Shown piece after piece: positions 1 through 10,136 of a stretch of 64,000 nt of DNA; position 1 is the stretch's first letter; the number at the start of each line of letters is the position of its first letter. The stretch spans positions 1,858,291-1,922,290 of the forward strand of contig OZ241738.1 in NCBI GenBank assembly GCA_965200925.1. Direction: 5' to 3'. This DNA is from Alphaproteobacteria bacterium. Its GTDB lineage: Bacteria > Pseudomonadota > Alphaproteobacteria > UBA828. A program made the translations under genes and the position numbers. The notes below the pieces were generated by a model that saw only the letters and a program-made list of their open reading frames with translations, had not been told where the DNA came from and did no database searches.

Positions 1-323
1 ACGTGATCAAATCGGGCGGCGAATGGATCAGCTCGATCGACCTCGAGAACGCGGCGATGGGCCATCCGGACGTGAAGCAGGCCGCCGTCATCGGCGTCCG
101 CCACCCGAAATGGGAGGAGCGGCCGTTGCTGGTCGTCGTGCCGCGGGAGGGCCGCGCGCCGAGCAGGGAGAGCATCAACGGCCATCTCGCCGGCAAGGTC
201 GCGAAATGGTGGCTGCCGGACGACGTGGTCCTGGTGGCGGAGATGCCGCTGACCGCGACCGGCAAGATCCGGAAGTCGCGCCTGCGCGAGATGTTCCGCG
301 ACCGCCCGCTGCCGGGCGCCTGA
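1..323 (+). CDS. Acyl-CoA synthetase (AMP-binding enzyme), C-terminal fragment; the 5' end lies outside the window
   Basis: The open frame enters from the window edge. The translation ends with ...[22 protein letters not shown], the conserved C-terminal lysine motif of adenylate-forming enzymes. Confidence 0.7.
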   Translation, partial: VIKSGGEWISSIDLENAAMGHPDVKQAAVIGVRHPKWEERPLLVVVPREGRAPSRESINGHLAGKVAKWWLPDDVVLVAEMPLTATGKIRKSRLREMFRDRPLPGA

Positions 324-392
324 TCCGGGGCGGCGCGCCGCTCGCCGCCGCTGCCGCGCAGGCGGCGGTTGTGGCATGGTGCGCGCCGCGTC

Positions 393-1307
393 ATGCCCAG
401 GGACCTGAAGGAGCGACCGCCGCCCCGGCCCGGCCGGGGCGCCCTCGAAGGCGTGCTCCTGATGATCTTCAGCTGCGCCTGTTTCGCCGGCATGTCGGCG
501 GCAATCCGCCATCTCTCGGCGGAGCTGTCGGTGTTCCAGATCGCCTTCTTCCGCAACGTCGTCGGCGCCGCGGTGCTGCTGCCGTTCATGGCCCGCGCCG
601 GGTTCGGTGCCTTCGGGGCCGGACGCTTCCGGCTCTTCGCCGTGCGCGCAGGCATCGGCATCTGCGCCATGTGGGCATGGTATTCGGCGCTGCGGATGAC
701 TCCGCTGGCCGAGGCCGTCACCCTCAACTTCACCGTCTCGCTGTGGATGATCCCGGTCGCCATCCTCATGCTCGGCGAGCGGGTCGGGCCGCGGCGCTGG
801 CTCGCCACGCTCGCGGGCTTCGCCGGCGTCCTGATCGTGCTGCGGCCGGGCGCCGACACCTTCACCATCGGCGGCCTGCTGGCGATCTTCGCGGCGCTGT
901 TCTTCTGCGTCTCGATGGCCCTGGTGCGTCTGCTCGCGCGCGCCGAATCGCCGCTCGCGATCGTCTTCTACATGAACGCCATCATGACACCGCTTTCACT
1001 GGGCCCGGCGCTATGGTTCTGGACTTCGCCCACGGCGGCGCAGCTCGGCTGGCTCTGCGGCATCGGCATCGTCCTCACCCTCGCGCATTTCGCCATGGCC
1101 CGCGCCCTCTCGCGCATGGAGGCGACGGCGGTCGTGCCGCTCGACTTCACGCGGCTCCCCTTCGCCGTTCTGATCGGCTGGTTCGCGTTCGACGAGTTCC
1201 CGGCCTTCTGGACCTGGATCGGCGGCGCGGTCATCGTCGCGAGCGCGGTCTACCTCTCCCGGCGGGAGGCGCGCCTCGCCCGCGCCGGCCCGTCCGCGCC
1301 CGCATAA
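393..1307 (+). CDS. DMT/EamA-family membrane transporter
   Basis: 312-aa ORF with about 10 hydrophobic segments and tandem EamA-like halves. The start was chosen at an internal Met (393) just before the first TM segment; it could be 369 or 462. Confidence 0.6.
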   Translation: MPRDLKERPPPRPGRGALEGVLLMIFSCACFAGMSAAIRHLSAELSVFQIAFFRNVVGAAVLLPFMARAGFGAFGAGRFRLFAVRAGIGICAMWAWYSALRMTPLAEAVTLNFTVSLWMIPVAILMLGERVGPRRWLATLAGFAGVLIVLRPGADTFTIGGLLAIFAALFFCVSMALVRLLARAESPLAIVFYMNAIMTPLSLGPALWFWTSPTAAQLGWLCGIGIVLTLAHFAMARALSRMEATAVVPLDFTRLPFAVLIGWFAFDEFPAFWTWIGGAVIVASAVYLSRREARLARAGPSAPA

Positions 1308-1374
1308 GCGCGCCGCGCGTTTGCATCCGGTGCGGGGTTTGCTATGGAGGGGCGAACGGCAGCGGGAGCGGGCC

Positions 1375-2139
1375 ATGGACATCGGCGGACACACGGCGCT
1401 CGTCACCGGCGGCGCCTCCGGCCTCGGGGAAGCGACGGCGCGGCGCCTGGCGGCGGCGGGCGCCAAGGTCGGCGTCCTCGACAGGGACGAGGAGCGGGCG
1501 CGCGCGGTCGCGGGCGAGATCGGCGGCGTCGCCGCGGCCTGCGACGTGGTCGATCCGGCGAGCCACGAGGCCGCCGTCGCCGCTGTCCGCGCGGCGTTGG
1601 GCCCGGCGCGCATCCTGGTCGCCTGCGCCGGCATCGCGCCGGGGGCCAAGCTGGTCGGGCGCGACGGAACCGCCAGCCCGCTCGACAAACTCACCCGCGC
1701 GATCCACGTCAACCTGATCGGCACGATCAATTCCTGCCGGCTGGCCGCGGCGGACATGGCCGCCCTGGCGCCGCTCGACGACGGCGAACGCGGCGTCATC
1801 GTGACGACCGCCTCGGTCGCCGCCTTCGAGGGCCAGATCGGGCAGCTCGATTACGCAGCCTCCAAGGGCGGTGTCGCGGCGATGACCATCCCGCTCGCCC
1901 GCGAACTCGCCCGCGACGGCATCCGCGTGAACGCCATCGCGCCCGGGCTGATGGACACGCCGATGATGGCGAGCCTGCCCGAGCCGGTGCGCCAGTCGCT
2001 GGTGGAAACGACGCTCTATCCCAAGCGCCTGGGGCACGCCGGGGAATACGCGGCGCTCGCGGCCCATATCGTCGAGAACCGCTTCATGAACGGCTCGGTG
2101 ATCCGCTTCGACGGTGCCCTCAGGATGGCCCCGAAATAA
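1375..2139 (+). CDS. Short-chain dehydrogenase/reductase (SDR; 3-hydroxyacyl-CoA dehydrogenase type-2-like)
   Basis: The N-terminal TGGASGLG Rossmann motif and the SDR catalytic core (YAASKGGV) are present; the start was chosen at the Met before the Gly-rich motif. Confidence 0.75.
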   Translation: MDIGGHTALVTGGASGLGEATARRLAAAGAKVGVLDRDEERARAVAGEIGGVAAACDVVDPASHEAAVAAVRAALGPARILVACAGIAPGAKLVGRDGTASPLDKLTRAIHVNLIGTINSCRLAAADMAALAPLDDGERGVIVTTASVAAFEGQIGQLDYAASKGGVAAMTIPLARELARDGIRVNAIAPGLMDTPMMASLPEPVRQSLVETTLYPKRLGHAGEYAALAAHIVENRFMNGSVIRFDGALRMAPK

Positions 2140-2201
2140 CGCGCGCAGAGCGGGCGGCGACGAACCTGGCCGTGGCGACGCCGCCTCCCCATCGAAGCCG
2201 G

Positions 2202-2386
2202 CGGCCGTCTCATCCGTCACCGCGCACGAGCCGGGATTCCTCGGCGGTGAAGGAAGTTCCCGCATCGTAGTCCGCCATCAGTCGATCGTCGAAACTCCTG
2301 GCCAGATATTGCGACCACCGCCTTTCGACGCGCCCCGTGCGGACTGCAACGATTGCGTGGATCGGCGCCAGTCCGCCGCCACGACG
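2202..2386 (-). pseudogene. HEPN-like C-terminal fragment (remnant of the toxin partner of the upstream MNT gene); it has no start codon
   Basis: The minus-strand frame immediately downstream of the MNT stop translates to ...VAVRTGRVERRWSQYLARSFDDRLMADYDAGTSFTAEESRLVRGDG*, resembling the C-terminal ADY...EEA helix of HEPN domains. Only about 62 codons are open, with no ATG/GTG at the 5' end. Confidence 0.3.
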
Positions 2387-2393
2387 TCACGAT

Positions 2394-2729
2394 TCACAGG
2401 ACGGAGACCCCGTCGCGCTCCACGGCCTGCTGAAAGGGGTAGCCGCGTCTTCTCCGGTCTTCCCACTCTCCTTGGGTGTAGGCGAGAATCGACGGCACGG
2501 CGTCGGACGCCGCCGCCAACTCGTATCCGATCTCCCGCAAAGAACGCTTGATGTGGCCGGTGCCGTTCCCAACCACGAGAAGGACATCGAGGTCGCTGTC
2601 TTTCCGGGCTTCACCGCGCGTCTTGGAGCCGTGTATGACCATGCGCAGGACCGCGCCGGGATGCTGTTCGTCGAGTGCCTTTCGGTACTCGTCCAGCCAG
2701 GTTCGTTCCTCAGGGTGAAGAGCCAGCAT
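2394..2729 (-). CDS. Nucleotidyltransferase-domain protein (MNT-type, antitoxin-like)
   Basis: Translation ...GAVLRMVIHGSKTRGEARKDSDLDVLLVV... is the minimal nucleotidyltransferase (GS...DxD) fold. The start was chosen at Met17 (2729), which has a GAAGGG RBS-like stretch upstream; the longer ORF starts at 2777. Confidence 0.65.
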   Translation of the reverse strand: MLALHPEERTWLDEYRKALDEQHPGAVLRMVIHGSKTRGEARKDSDLDVLLVVGNGTGHIKRSLREIGYELAAASDAVPSILAYTQGEWEDRRRRGYPFQQAVERDGVSVL

Positions 2730-2843
2730 CGTTTTACCCTTCGACGGTGCACGCCCGCGCCCGCGGAACCGTTTCACGCCGGGCGCGACGAGGCCCGCGT
2801 GCCGGGATCGGATGGCGTCAGCGGCCTGTTCCGGGACAGCCTT

Positions 2844-3332
2844 TCACGGCTTCCACGGCGGGATCGGCGTCTCCCAGGAGGGCTTCCCGGCCTCGCTCAG
2901 GAGCTTCAGGATCAGCTCGATGTGGGAGAAGAGCCATTCGCCGCCTTCCTTGCGGAAGCGGGATTCGTACCAGCCGCCGATCCAGGTGTCGGCGGCCGGC
3001 CCGCCGCCCTCCGGTGCCACCTTCGCGAGCTCCCAGAGGTAGTATTCGCCGGTGGCGCTCGCGCCGTCGGGCGCGACCTCGATGATCGGCTGGGTCATGT
3101 AGTGGAGCGCCCACGGGATGCTCGTGGTGCAGACCTCGCGCAGGCCCCGGGCGATGCCGTCGCGGGTTTCCCAGCGGCCGATGCCCTCGCAGTTCCACAC
3201 CGCGTCCTCGGTGAAGCACGGCGCCATCATCGCCGGGTCGCCGTTGTGGTCTGCGGCCTTGGCGTAACGCGCGATGAGTTGCTTGATGGCCTCGATGTCC
3301 TCGAGGCGTTGAAGGCGTCGTTCGACGGTCAT
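2844..3332 (-). CDS. SnoaL/NTF2-like fold protein (DUF4440-like)
   Basis: 162-aa protein (MTVERRLQRLEDIEAIKQLIARYAKAADHNGDPAMMAPCFTEDAVW...) with a typical NTF2-like N-terminal helix pattern. Its ATG overlaps the stop of the upstream gene (ATGA). Confidence 0.55.
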   Translation of the reverse strand: MTVERRLQRLEDIEAIKQLIARYAKAADHNGDPAMMAPCFTEDAVWNCEGIGRWETRDGIARGLREVCTTSIPWALHYMTQPIIEVAPDGASATGEYYLWELAKVAPEGGGPAADTWIGGWYESRFRKEGGEWLFSHIELILKLLSEAGKPSWETPIPPWKP

Positions 3333-4894
3333 CCTGCGTCCTCCCCGTTGTCCTGTCGATTCCGCGCGGGCTGCGCCGGCGCTTCCGACGGCGCCCGGCA
3401 GCCGGTCGGGCAGCACCGCCCCGGCTGCCGGCGGTCGCCGCCGGCGGCGCCTTCCGCGAGCACGCCCCGGTCGAGCAGCCTGCCCACCAGCGCCGCCTTC
3501 TCCTCCAGCGGGTAGCTGCGGAAGATCTCCAGCCCCGCGGCCTGGGGCGAACCGCCGCCGTGCAGGCTGATGACCGAGTACCAGCCGGCGGTGCCGGATG
3601 CCGTCAGGTCCTCGATCAGGCGCGCGACCGCCGCCCGCCGCGCGTAGGGCAGGTCGGCGCGGCCGCGGAGCATCTCGGCAAGGGTGGCGGCGGTCGCCGG
3701 GTTGTGGTCCTCGTCCGGCCCCGGCAGCGCCACCACCAGCCCGCCGGAGACCTCGTGGGCGATCCGGTGCATGTCGTAGATCTGGGTGGAGAGCAGCAGC
3801 TTGCCGATGTTGGCGAACACCCGGTCCGGCTCGACGCAGCCCGAGGCGTCGGCCGCGCCGTGGACCGAGGCGGCGACGCCGCAGGCGTAGAAGCCCTCGA
3901 CGATCTTGATCAGCTCGACCATGCGCTCCCGCAGATGGCGCGTCTCGCCCACCGCGACGCCGTTCGCGTCGGCCATCAGCACGCCGGCGCCGATCAGCAG
4001 GTCGCCGAAGCCGGCGCGGGCGCCGATGCAGGAGTGCCGGTGGTGGGTCGCGTAGGCCTGCGTCAGGAACTGCGAATACCGCCACTCGCCGGCCAGGAAC
4101 ACGCGCTCCCACGGCACGAACACGTCTTCGAAGACGACGACTCCGGTGGATTGCCCGTATCTGGCGCTGAACGCCGCCGCGGCCTCCCCCGGCCGCCCCG
4201 CCGGACGGGCGATGACGGTGAGCCCGTCGGCGTCCACCGGCACCGCGCAGCAGACAGCGAAGGCTGCGTCCGCCTCGGTCATGTTGCGGCAGGGCATGAC
4301 GAGGAACTCGTGCATGTAGGGCGCACCGGTGACGATCGCCTTGGCGCCGCGGATGACGATGCCGCCCGGCCGGCGCCCGGCGACGTGCACATAGGAATCC
4401 CGGACCGTCTGCCGGTGGGGGCGGCGCGCGCGGTCGCCCTTGCCATCGGTCATGGCGACGCCCAGGGTGAGGTCTTCCGCCTGGACTCGGTGGAGATAGG
4501 CGAGGAAGCGCCGGTGCAGGTCGCTCCCGGTTTCGGCGTCGATCCGGTGGGTCGTCTGGTGGATGGCGTTGAGGCCGTCCTGCGTCAGATAGCGCTGGGC
4601 ACAGCCCGTGTGCTGGCAGACGAGGCGCACCGCCTCGAGCTTGCGCAGCTGGTCGTCGGTCGAGCGGTTGATGTGGAGGAAGCGGTTGACCGCCGCGCCC
4701 GTGCTCTCCTCGACCGCCGCCATCGTATCCCGGTGGTCTTGCGCGCGCGCGAAGTCGTAGGTCAGCCCGACGGCGGCGACGCCCGGCGCGAAGCGCGACT
4801 CGTCGGCGACCGATTCGACCGCCGCGCCGTCGAGCCAGACCCGCGGCGCCGCGCGCCTGAGCGACTCCCGGTAATCCTCGGCGGACATGAACAT
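3329..4894 (-). CDS. HpaB/AbfD-family enzyme (4-hydroxyphenylacetate 3-hydroxylase / 4-hydroxybutyryl-CoA dehydratase family)
   Basis: A roughly 520-aa protein whose motifs (…HINRSTDDQLRKLEAVRLVCQHTGCAQRY…, …VHVAGRRPGGIVIRGAKAIVTGAPYMHEFLV…) are typical of the HpaB/AbfD acyl-CoA-dehydrogenase-like fold. The start was chosen at MFMSAEDY (4894). Confidence 0.65.
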   Translation of the reverse strand: MFMSAEDYRESLRRAAPRVWLDGAAVESVADESRFAPGVAAVGLTYDFARAQDHRDTMAAVEESTGAAVNRFLHINRSTDDQLRKLEAVRLVCQHTGCAQRYLTQDGLNAIHQTTHRIDAETGSDLHRRFLAYLHRVQAEDLTLGVAMTDGKGDRARRPHRQTVRDSYVHVAGRRPGGIVIRGAKAIVTGAPYMHEFLVMPCRNMTEADAAFAVCCAVPVDADGLTVIARPAGRPGEAAAAFSARYGQSTGVVVFEDVFVPWERVFLAGEWRYSQFLTQAYATHHRHSCIGARAGFGDLLIGAGVLMADANGVAVGETRHLRERMVELIKIVEGFYACGVAASVHGAADASGCVEPDRVFANIGKLLLSTQIYDMHRIAHEVSGGLVVALPGPDEDHNPATAATLAEMLRGRADLPYARRAAVARLIEDLTASGTAGWYSVISLHGGGSPQAAGLEIFRSYPLEEKAALVGRLLDRGVLAEGAAGGDRRQPGRCCPTGCRAPSEAPAQPARNRQDNGEDAG

Positions 4895-4895
4895 C

Positions 4896-5789
4896 CTACG
4901 CCCCTTCGGCCGCCGGCCGTTCCCGGCACCGGATGGCCTCCGTGATCCGCAACAGCCGCTCGGCCTTCTCGACAATCGGGTAATCGATGAAGTAACCGTC
5001 GACCTGGATCGACGCGGAGCCGGCCGCCTCGGCTTCCTTGAAGGCGGCGACGTGCTTCTCCGCCTGGGCGACTTCCGCCGCACTCGGCGTGAAGACTCGG
5101 TTCACCGGCGCCACCTGCTTCGGGTGGATGCAGAGCTTGCCCTGGAAGCCGGCGTTCAGAGCCGTCCGCGCCGAACGCTCCAGGTTTTCCGCGTCGGCCA
5201 GGTCGATGAAGACCGTGTCGATCGGCGGCTCCAGGCCGGCCGCGCGGGAGGCGAGGGCGAGGCGCGCGCGCGCGTGGGCGAGTTCGGCCTCGGCGGCTGT
5301 CCAGACCATCCCCATGTCGCGGGTATAGTCGCCGGCGCCGAAGGAGAGCCGCCTGACCCGCGTGCCCGCCCCGGCGATGGCGTCCACAGCGGCCATCCCG
5401 CGCCCGGTCTCGACGATCGGCAGCAGGTCGATCGCGCCGCGGGCGAGGCCCCGTTCCCGCTCGAGCTGCGCCAGCAGCCAGTCGGCGGTTTCGAGCTGGC
5501 CGGGGCTTTCGACCTTGGGCAGCATGATGCCGTCCACATCGGGCCCTGCGACGGCGTGGAAATCACCGTGGCAGTAGTCGGTATCGAGCGCGTTCACGCG
5601 GACATAGCCCAGGCAGTCCCGGGGCTCCCGGAGCGCCGCCGCGACGGCGGCCCGGGTCGCTCCCTTCTCCGCGGCCGCCACGGCGTCCTCCAGATCGAGG
5701 ACCGCCGCATCCGCCCCGGCGCCGAACACCTTGGCGACCTTGCGCGGATGGTTGCCGGGCGCGAACAGATAGGTGCGGTGCGGAAGCAT
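4896..5789 (-). CDS. HpcH/HpaI aldolase / citrate-lyase beta-subunit-like (CitE family) CoA-ester lyase
   Basis: The N-terminus MLPHRTYLFAPGNHPRKVAKVFGAGADAAVLDLEDAV matches the CitE/HpcH signature (RS.LFvPG...K....aD.vilDLED). It is cotranscribed with the HpaB-like and SnoaL-like genes. Confidence 0.65.
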   Translation of the reverse strand: MLPHRTYLFAPGNHPRKVAKVFGAGADAAVLDLEDAVAAAEKGATRAAVAAALREPRDCLGYVRVNALDTDYCHGDFHAVAGPDVDGIMLPKVESPGQLETADWLLAQLERERGLARGAIDLLPIVETGRGMAAVDAIAGAGTRVRRLSFGAGDYTRDMGMVWTAAEAELAHARARLALASRAAGLEPPIDTVFIDLADAENLERSARTALNAGFQGKLCIHPKQVAPVNRVFTPSAAEVAQAEKHVAAFKEAEAAGSASIQVDGYFIDYPIVEKAERLLRITEAIRCRERPAAEGA

Positions 5790-5952
5790 CGGGCCTCGAC
5801 GGCGGTTCGGGCCAGCCAACCACACCCCGCCACCCCGATCAAGCAGGGGCGGCCCGGCGCGCCGCGTTTCTCCGGTGCGCGGGTCTCCCGGCCCGCTGTC
5901 GTTTTTGTGCTTCGTTCGGGCTGCTCAAACCGAACGAAAGGAACCGCTAGAG

Positions 5953-8190
5953 TCACTCGCGGGCGAGGAAGCGAAGAGGCCGGACGGCATCCGGTGGGCG
6001 CCCGGCGAATAGCCCGCCGCCCTTGTGCGCGCTGCGGCCGATGACGAGCGGCCCAGTCCGCGCTGTAGGGAAGACGAGGCGAAGGCGGCCCGCAAGCCCA
6101 CCGCGTGGCCCGCGTCGCGCCGCGAGAACCTCGATGGCATCCGGCACCAGGATCGGCCAGTCGCAACGCCGGAGCTCGGCGGCGACGTCGGCCTTCAGCG
6201 CCTCTTCGTCGCCGAGGCGGCGGCGGTGGCGGGTTACGTCGTACTCGGTCACGCTTTCCCAGACCCGCGACGGGGCGAACAGCGGGTCGCCATCCTCGTC
6301 GACCAGCGCAGGCGCGAGCCTCAACAGGCCGGCTCGGCCGGCGCGCAGGATGTCCATCCCCTCCAGGGCGCGCGTCATCAGGCGGTGGTCGTCCGCGATT
6401 TCCTGCCACTTCACGCCGTGACGCTGCATGCGGTTGGGCGCAAGGTAGAGGATGCGCTGGCGCGGCAGGTCGGCGAGAACGGCGACATGGCGGTGAACGC
6501 CGCCGCCGGCCGGCGCGCCGCCTGCTGCGTGGCCGCTCACATAGGACGGGAGCTGCTCGCGTGGCGGCAGGCTGTCTTGCACCCGCGCCATCATCGCCCG
6601 GCGCGCGGCGTGCGCGACCGGCACGGGTCCGGTGCCGTCGGCAAGCCCGTCCGTTATGACGAAGGCCGACACGTCGCGCGCCGAATCGCTCGGGCGCATG
6701 AGTCCGAGGCCGAGATAGCGTCCGTCGCCCAACACGAGCGGCCCCGCGACCGGTTCGGCGAAAGCCATCTCGACATGCCAGAGCGCTTCCTTGGGGAAGC
6801 GCGTTCCGGATGCGAACGCTTCGGCGCGCTCGCCGCGTCGGTCGAACGGTTCGCGTTGTACGCGCACTCCATCGGCCGGCGCACGAATCCCGGCGTGGCG
6901 CAACGCCTGGCGAACGGCCGCCGCGGCGCGCGCATCCTCGGCGGCCCGTTCGTGCCCGGCTTTCCTCTCGTCCATCCGGCGGGTCGGTTCGATCCGCCGC
7001 CGGCGCGCCATCGGCAGGGCGAGCGGCGTCACGCTCCGCCAACGCTTCCCCCGCTGTTCGAAACGATCGACCATCCGGTCGTCGCCGGCACGGCGCAACT
7101 CCCTCTCAATCACGCCGTCTCCGTCCGCCCAGGATATTTGTGCAAAAGCCCATGCGAGATCGTCTGCCTTCAGAGGGCATGATTGCGGGACGTAAACGGC
7201 GACACGGCGGATTGCCGGCACGACGTCGGGATGACCGACAGACGGAATCGGCGTGATCCGCACCCGCATCGCCTTGTCCGCGTCGGTTGCACCACGGCCG
7301 ACCAAGTAACGCTCGATGCTGTCCGCGAGGTCTGGCACCGCGTCTCGGAGAAGAACCGCCGCCTTGTCGCGCACCGTTTCGACGAGCACCGCTGCCGCGC
7401 TCAAAGACCACTCGCTCAAAGACCCAAGGGCGAAGGTGTCGGTGCCTTTTCGCAGGTCGAAGACGAGCCGGTGCGGACGGGCGTCGTAGGTGATCTTGGC
7501 CAGCAGCGGTTTGGGCGGTTGCACGAAAACGCGCACCGGCTTGCGATTGGTTCCGCCGACACGGAAGCGGTTTCGCATGTTCTCGAAACGCTCGGTCAGG
7601 CTTGCTCCCGTTCCGGGGCGGGGGCAAAGAAAGCTCCGCTCCGTTCCGCTGCCTCCCGAAGGTCGATGGACGATCCCGCCATGACCGGCTAGCTGTTCCT
7701 CCGCCTCGTCGGCGTCGGTCACCGCTGCTTCGGCCCAAGCCATGTCGATCCCCCGGCCAAGTTGATAGAGATTCTCCGCCATCGCGCAAAGCGTCGTCGC
7801 TCGCGCATCGGGAGCGACGACGGGCCAGCAATAGAGGATCGGCGATTTGGCATCAAACAGGACAGGCTGGATCCGCTTGCCGACGCGGACCGCGGCCACC
7901 GCCTTATCCAGATCGGGCGTCTTCCCCTTCGACAGTTCCGCGTCGAGATCGTTATTGGGCACGAAGCTGGTATAGTCTTTGCTGCGGAGACCATGCGGCG
8001 CCGCGATGACCGGCGGCGGCAGGCGCTCCAGCCAGCCGAGTGCGTCTCGAACATCGGGCGGCACCGTCGCACCGCGGGCCGCCCCGGCCATCAGTGCTTG
8101 GAACAGTCGCGCCGGTGCGGGCGGCCAATCGCCCATTCCGTGGTAGCGGCCCTCGTGGAACCGTACCGCGATGACAAGCGCTTGCATCAT
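5953..8190 (-). CDS. csb2: Type I-U/I-G Cas protein, Csb2-like (putative Cas5-Cas6 fusion; GSU0054 family), 745 aa
   Basis: It is the last gene of the cas3 operon. Its N-terminus MMQALVIAVRFHEGRYHGMGDWPPAPARLFQALMAGA recalls the GSU0054/Csb2 family. At 745 aa it is longer than typical Csb2, so it could be Csx17/Cas8u2 or carry an extra domain. Confidence 0.55.
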   Translation of the reverse strand: MMQALVIAVRFHEGRYHGMGDWPPAPARLFQALMAGAARGATVPPDVRDALGWLERLPPPVIAAPHGLRSKDYTSFVPNNDLDAELSKGKTPDLDKAVAAVRVGKRIQPVLFDAKSPILYCWPVVAPDARATTLCAMAENLYQLGRGIDMAWAEAAVTDADEAEEQLAGHGGIVHRPSGGSGTERSFLCPRPGTGASLTERFENMRNRFRVGGTNRKPVRVFVQPPKPLLAKITYDARPHRLVFDLRKGTDTFALGSLSEWSLSAAAVLVETVRDKAAVLLRDAVPDLADSIERYLVGRGATDADKAMRVRITPIPSVGHPDVVPAIRRVAVYVPQSCPLKADDLAWAFAQISWADGDGVIERELRRAGDDRMVDRFEQRGKRWRSVTPLALPMARRRRIEPTRRMDERKAGHERAAEDARAAAAVRQALRHAGIRAPADGVRVQREPFDRRGERAEAFASGTRFPKEALWHVEMAFAEPVAGPLVLGDGRYLGLGLMRPSDSARDVSAFVITDGLADGTGPVPVAHAARRAMMARVQDSLPPREQLPSYVSGHAAGGAPAGGGVHRHVAVLADLPRQRILYLAPNRMQRHGVKWQEIADDHRLMTRALEGMDILRAGRAGLLRLAPALVDEDGDPLFAPSRVWESVTEYDVTRHRRRLGDEEALKADVAAELRRCDWPILVPDAIEVLAARRGPRGGLAGRLRLVFPTARTGPLVIGRSAHKGGGLFAGRPPDAVRPLRFLARE

Positions 8191-8193
8191 GGC

Positions 8194-10136
<1,943 letters not shown>

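Noticed and set aside
23-1717. 564-aa plus-strand ORF spanning the first 1.7 kb
   Set aside because: It overlaps three well-supported genes (acyl-CoA synthetase end, DMT transporter, SDR) in a different frame and is an Arg/Pro/Ala-rich GC-frame artefact.
3560-4945. 461-aa plus-strand ORF
   Set aside because: It is antisense to the HpaB/AbfD-family gene and has no recognisable motifs.
5594-8009. Several 130-480-aa ORFs on both strands (for example 5594-7042 minus, 6025-7182 plus, 7762-9300 plus)
   Set aside because: They overlap or are antisense to the csb2-like and csb1 genes and have low-complexity composition. The cas gene frames have coherent motifs and operon-style start/stop coupling.
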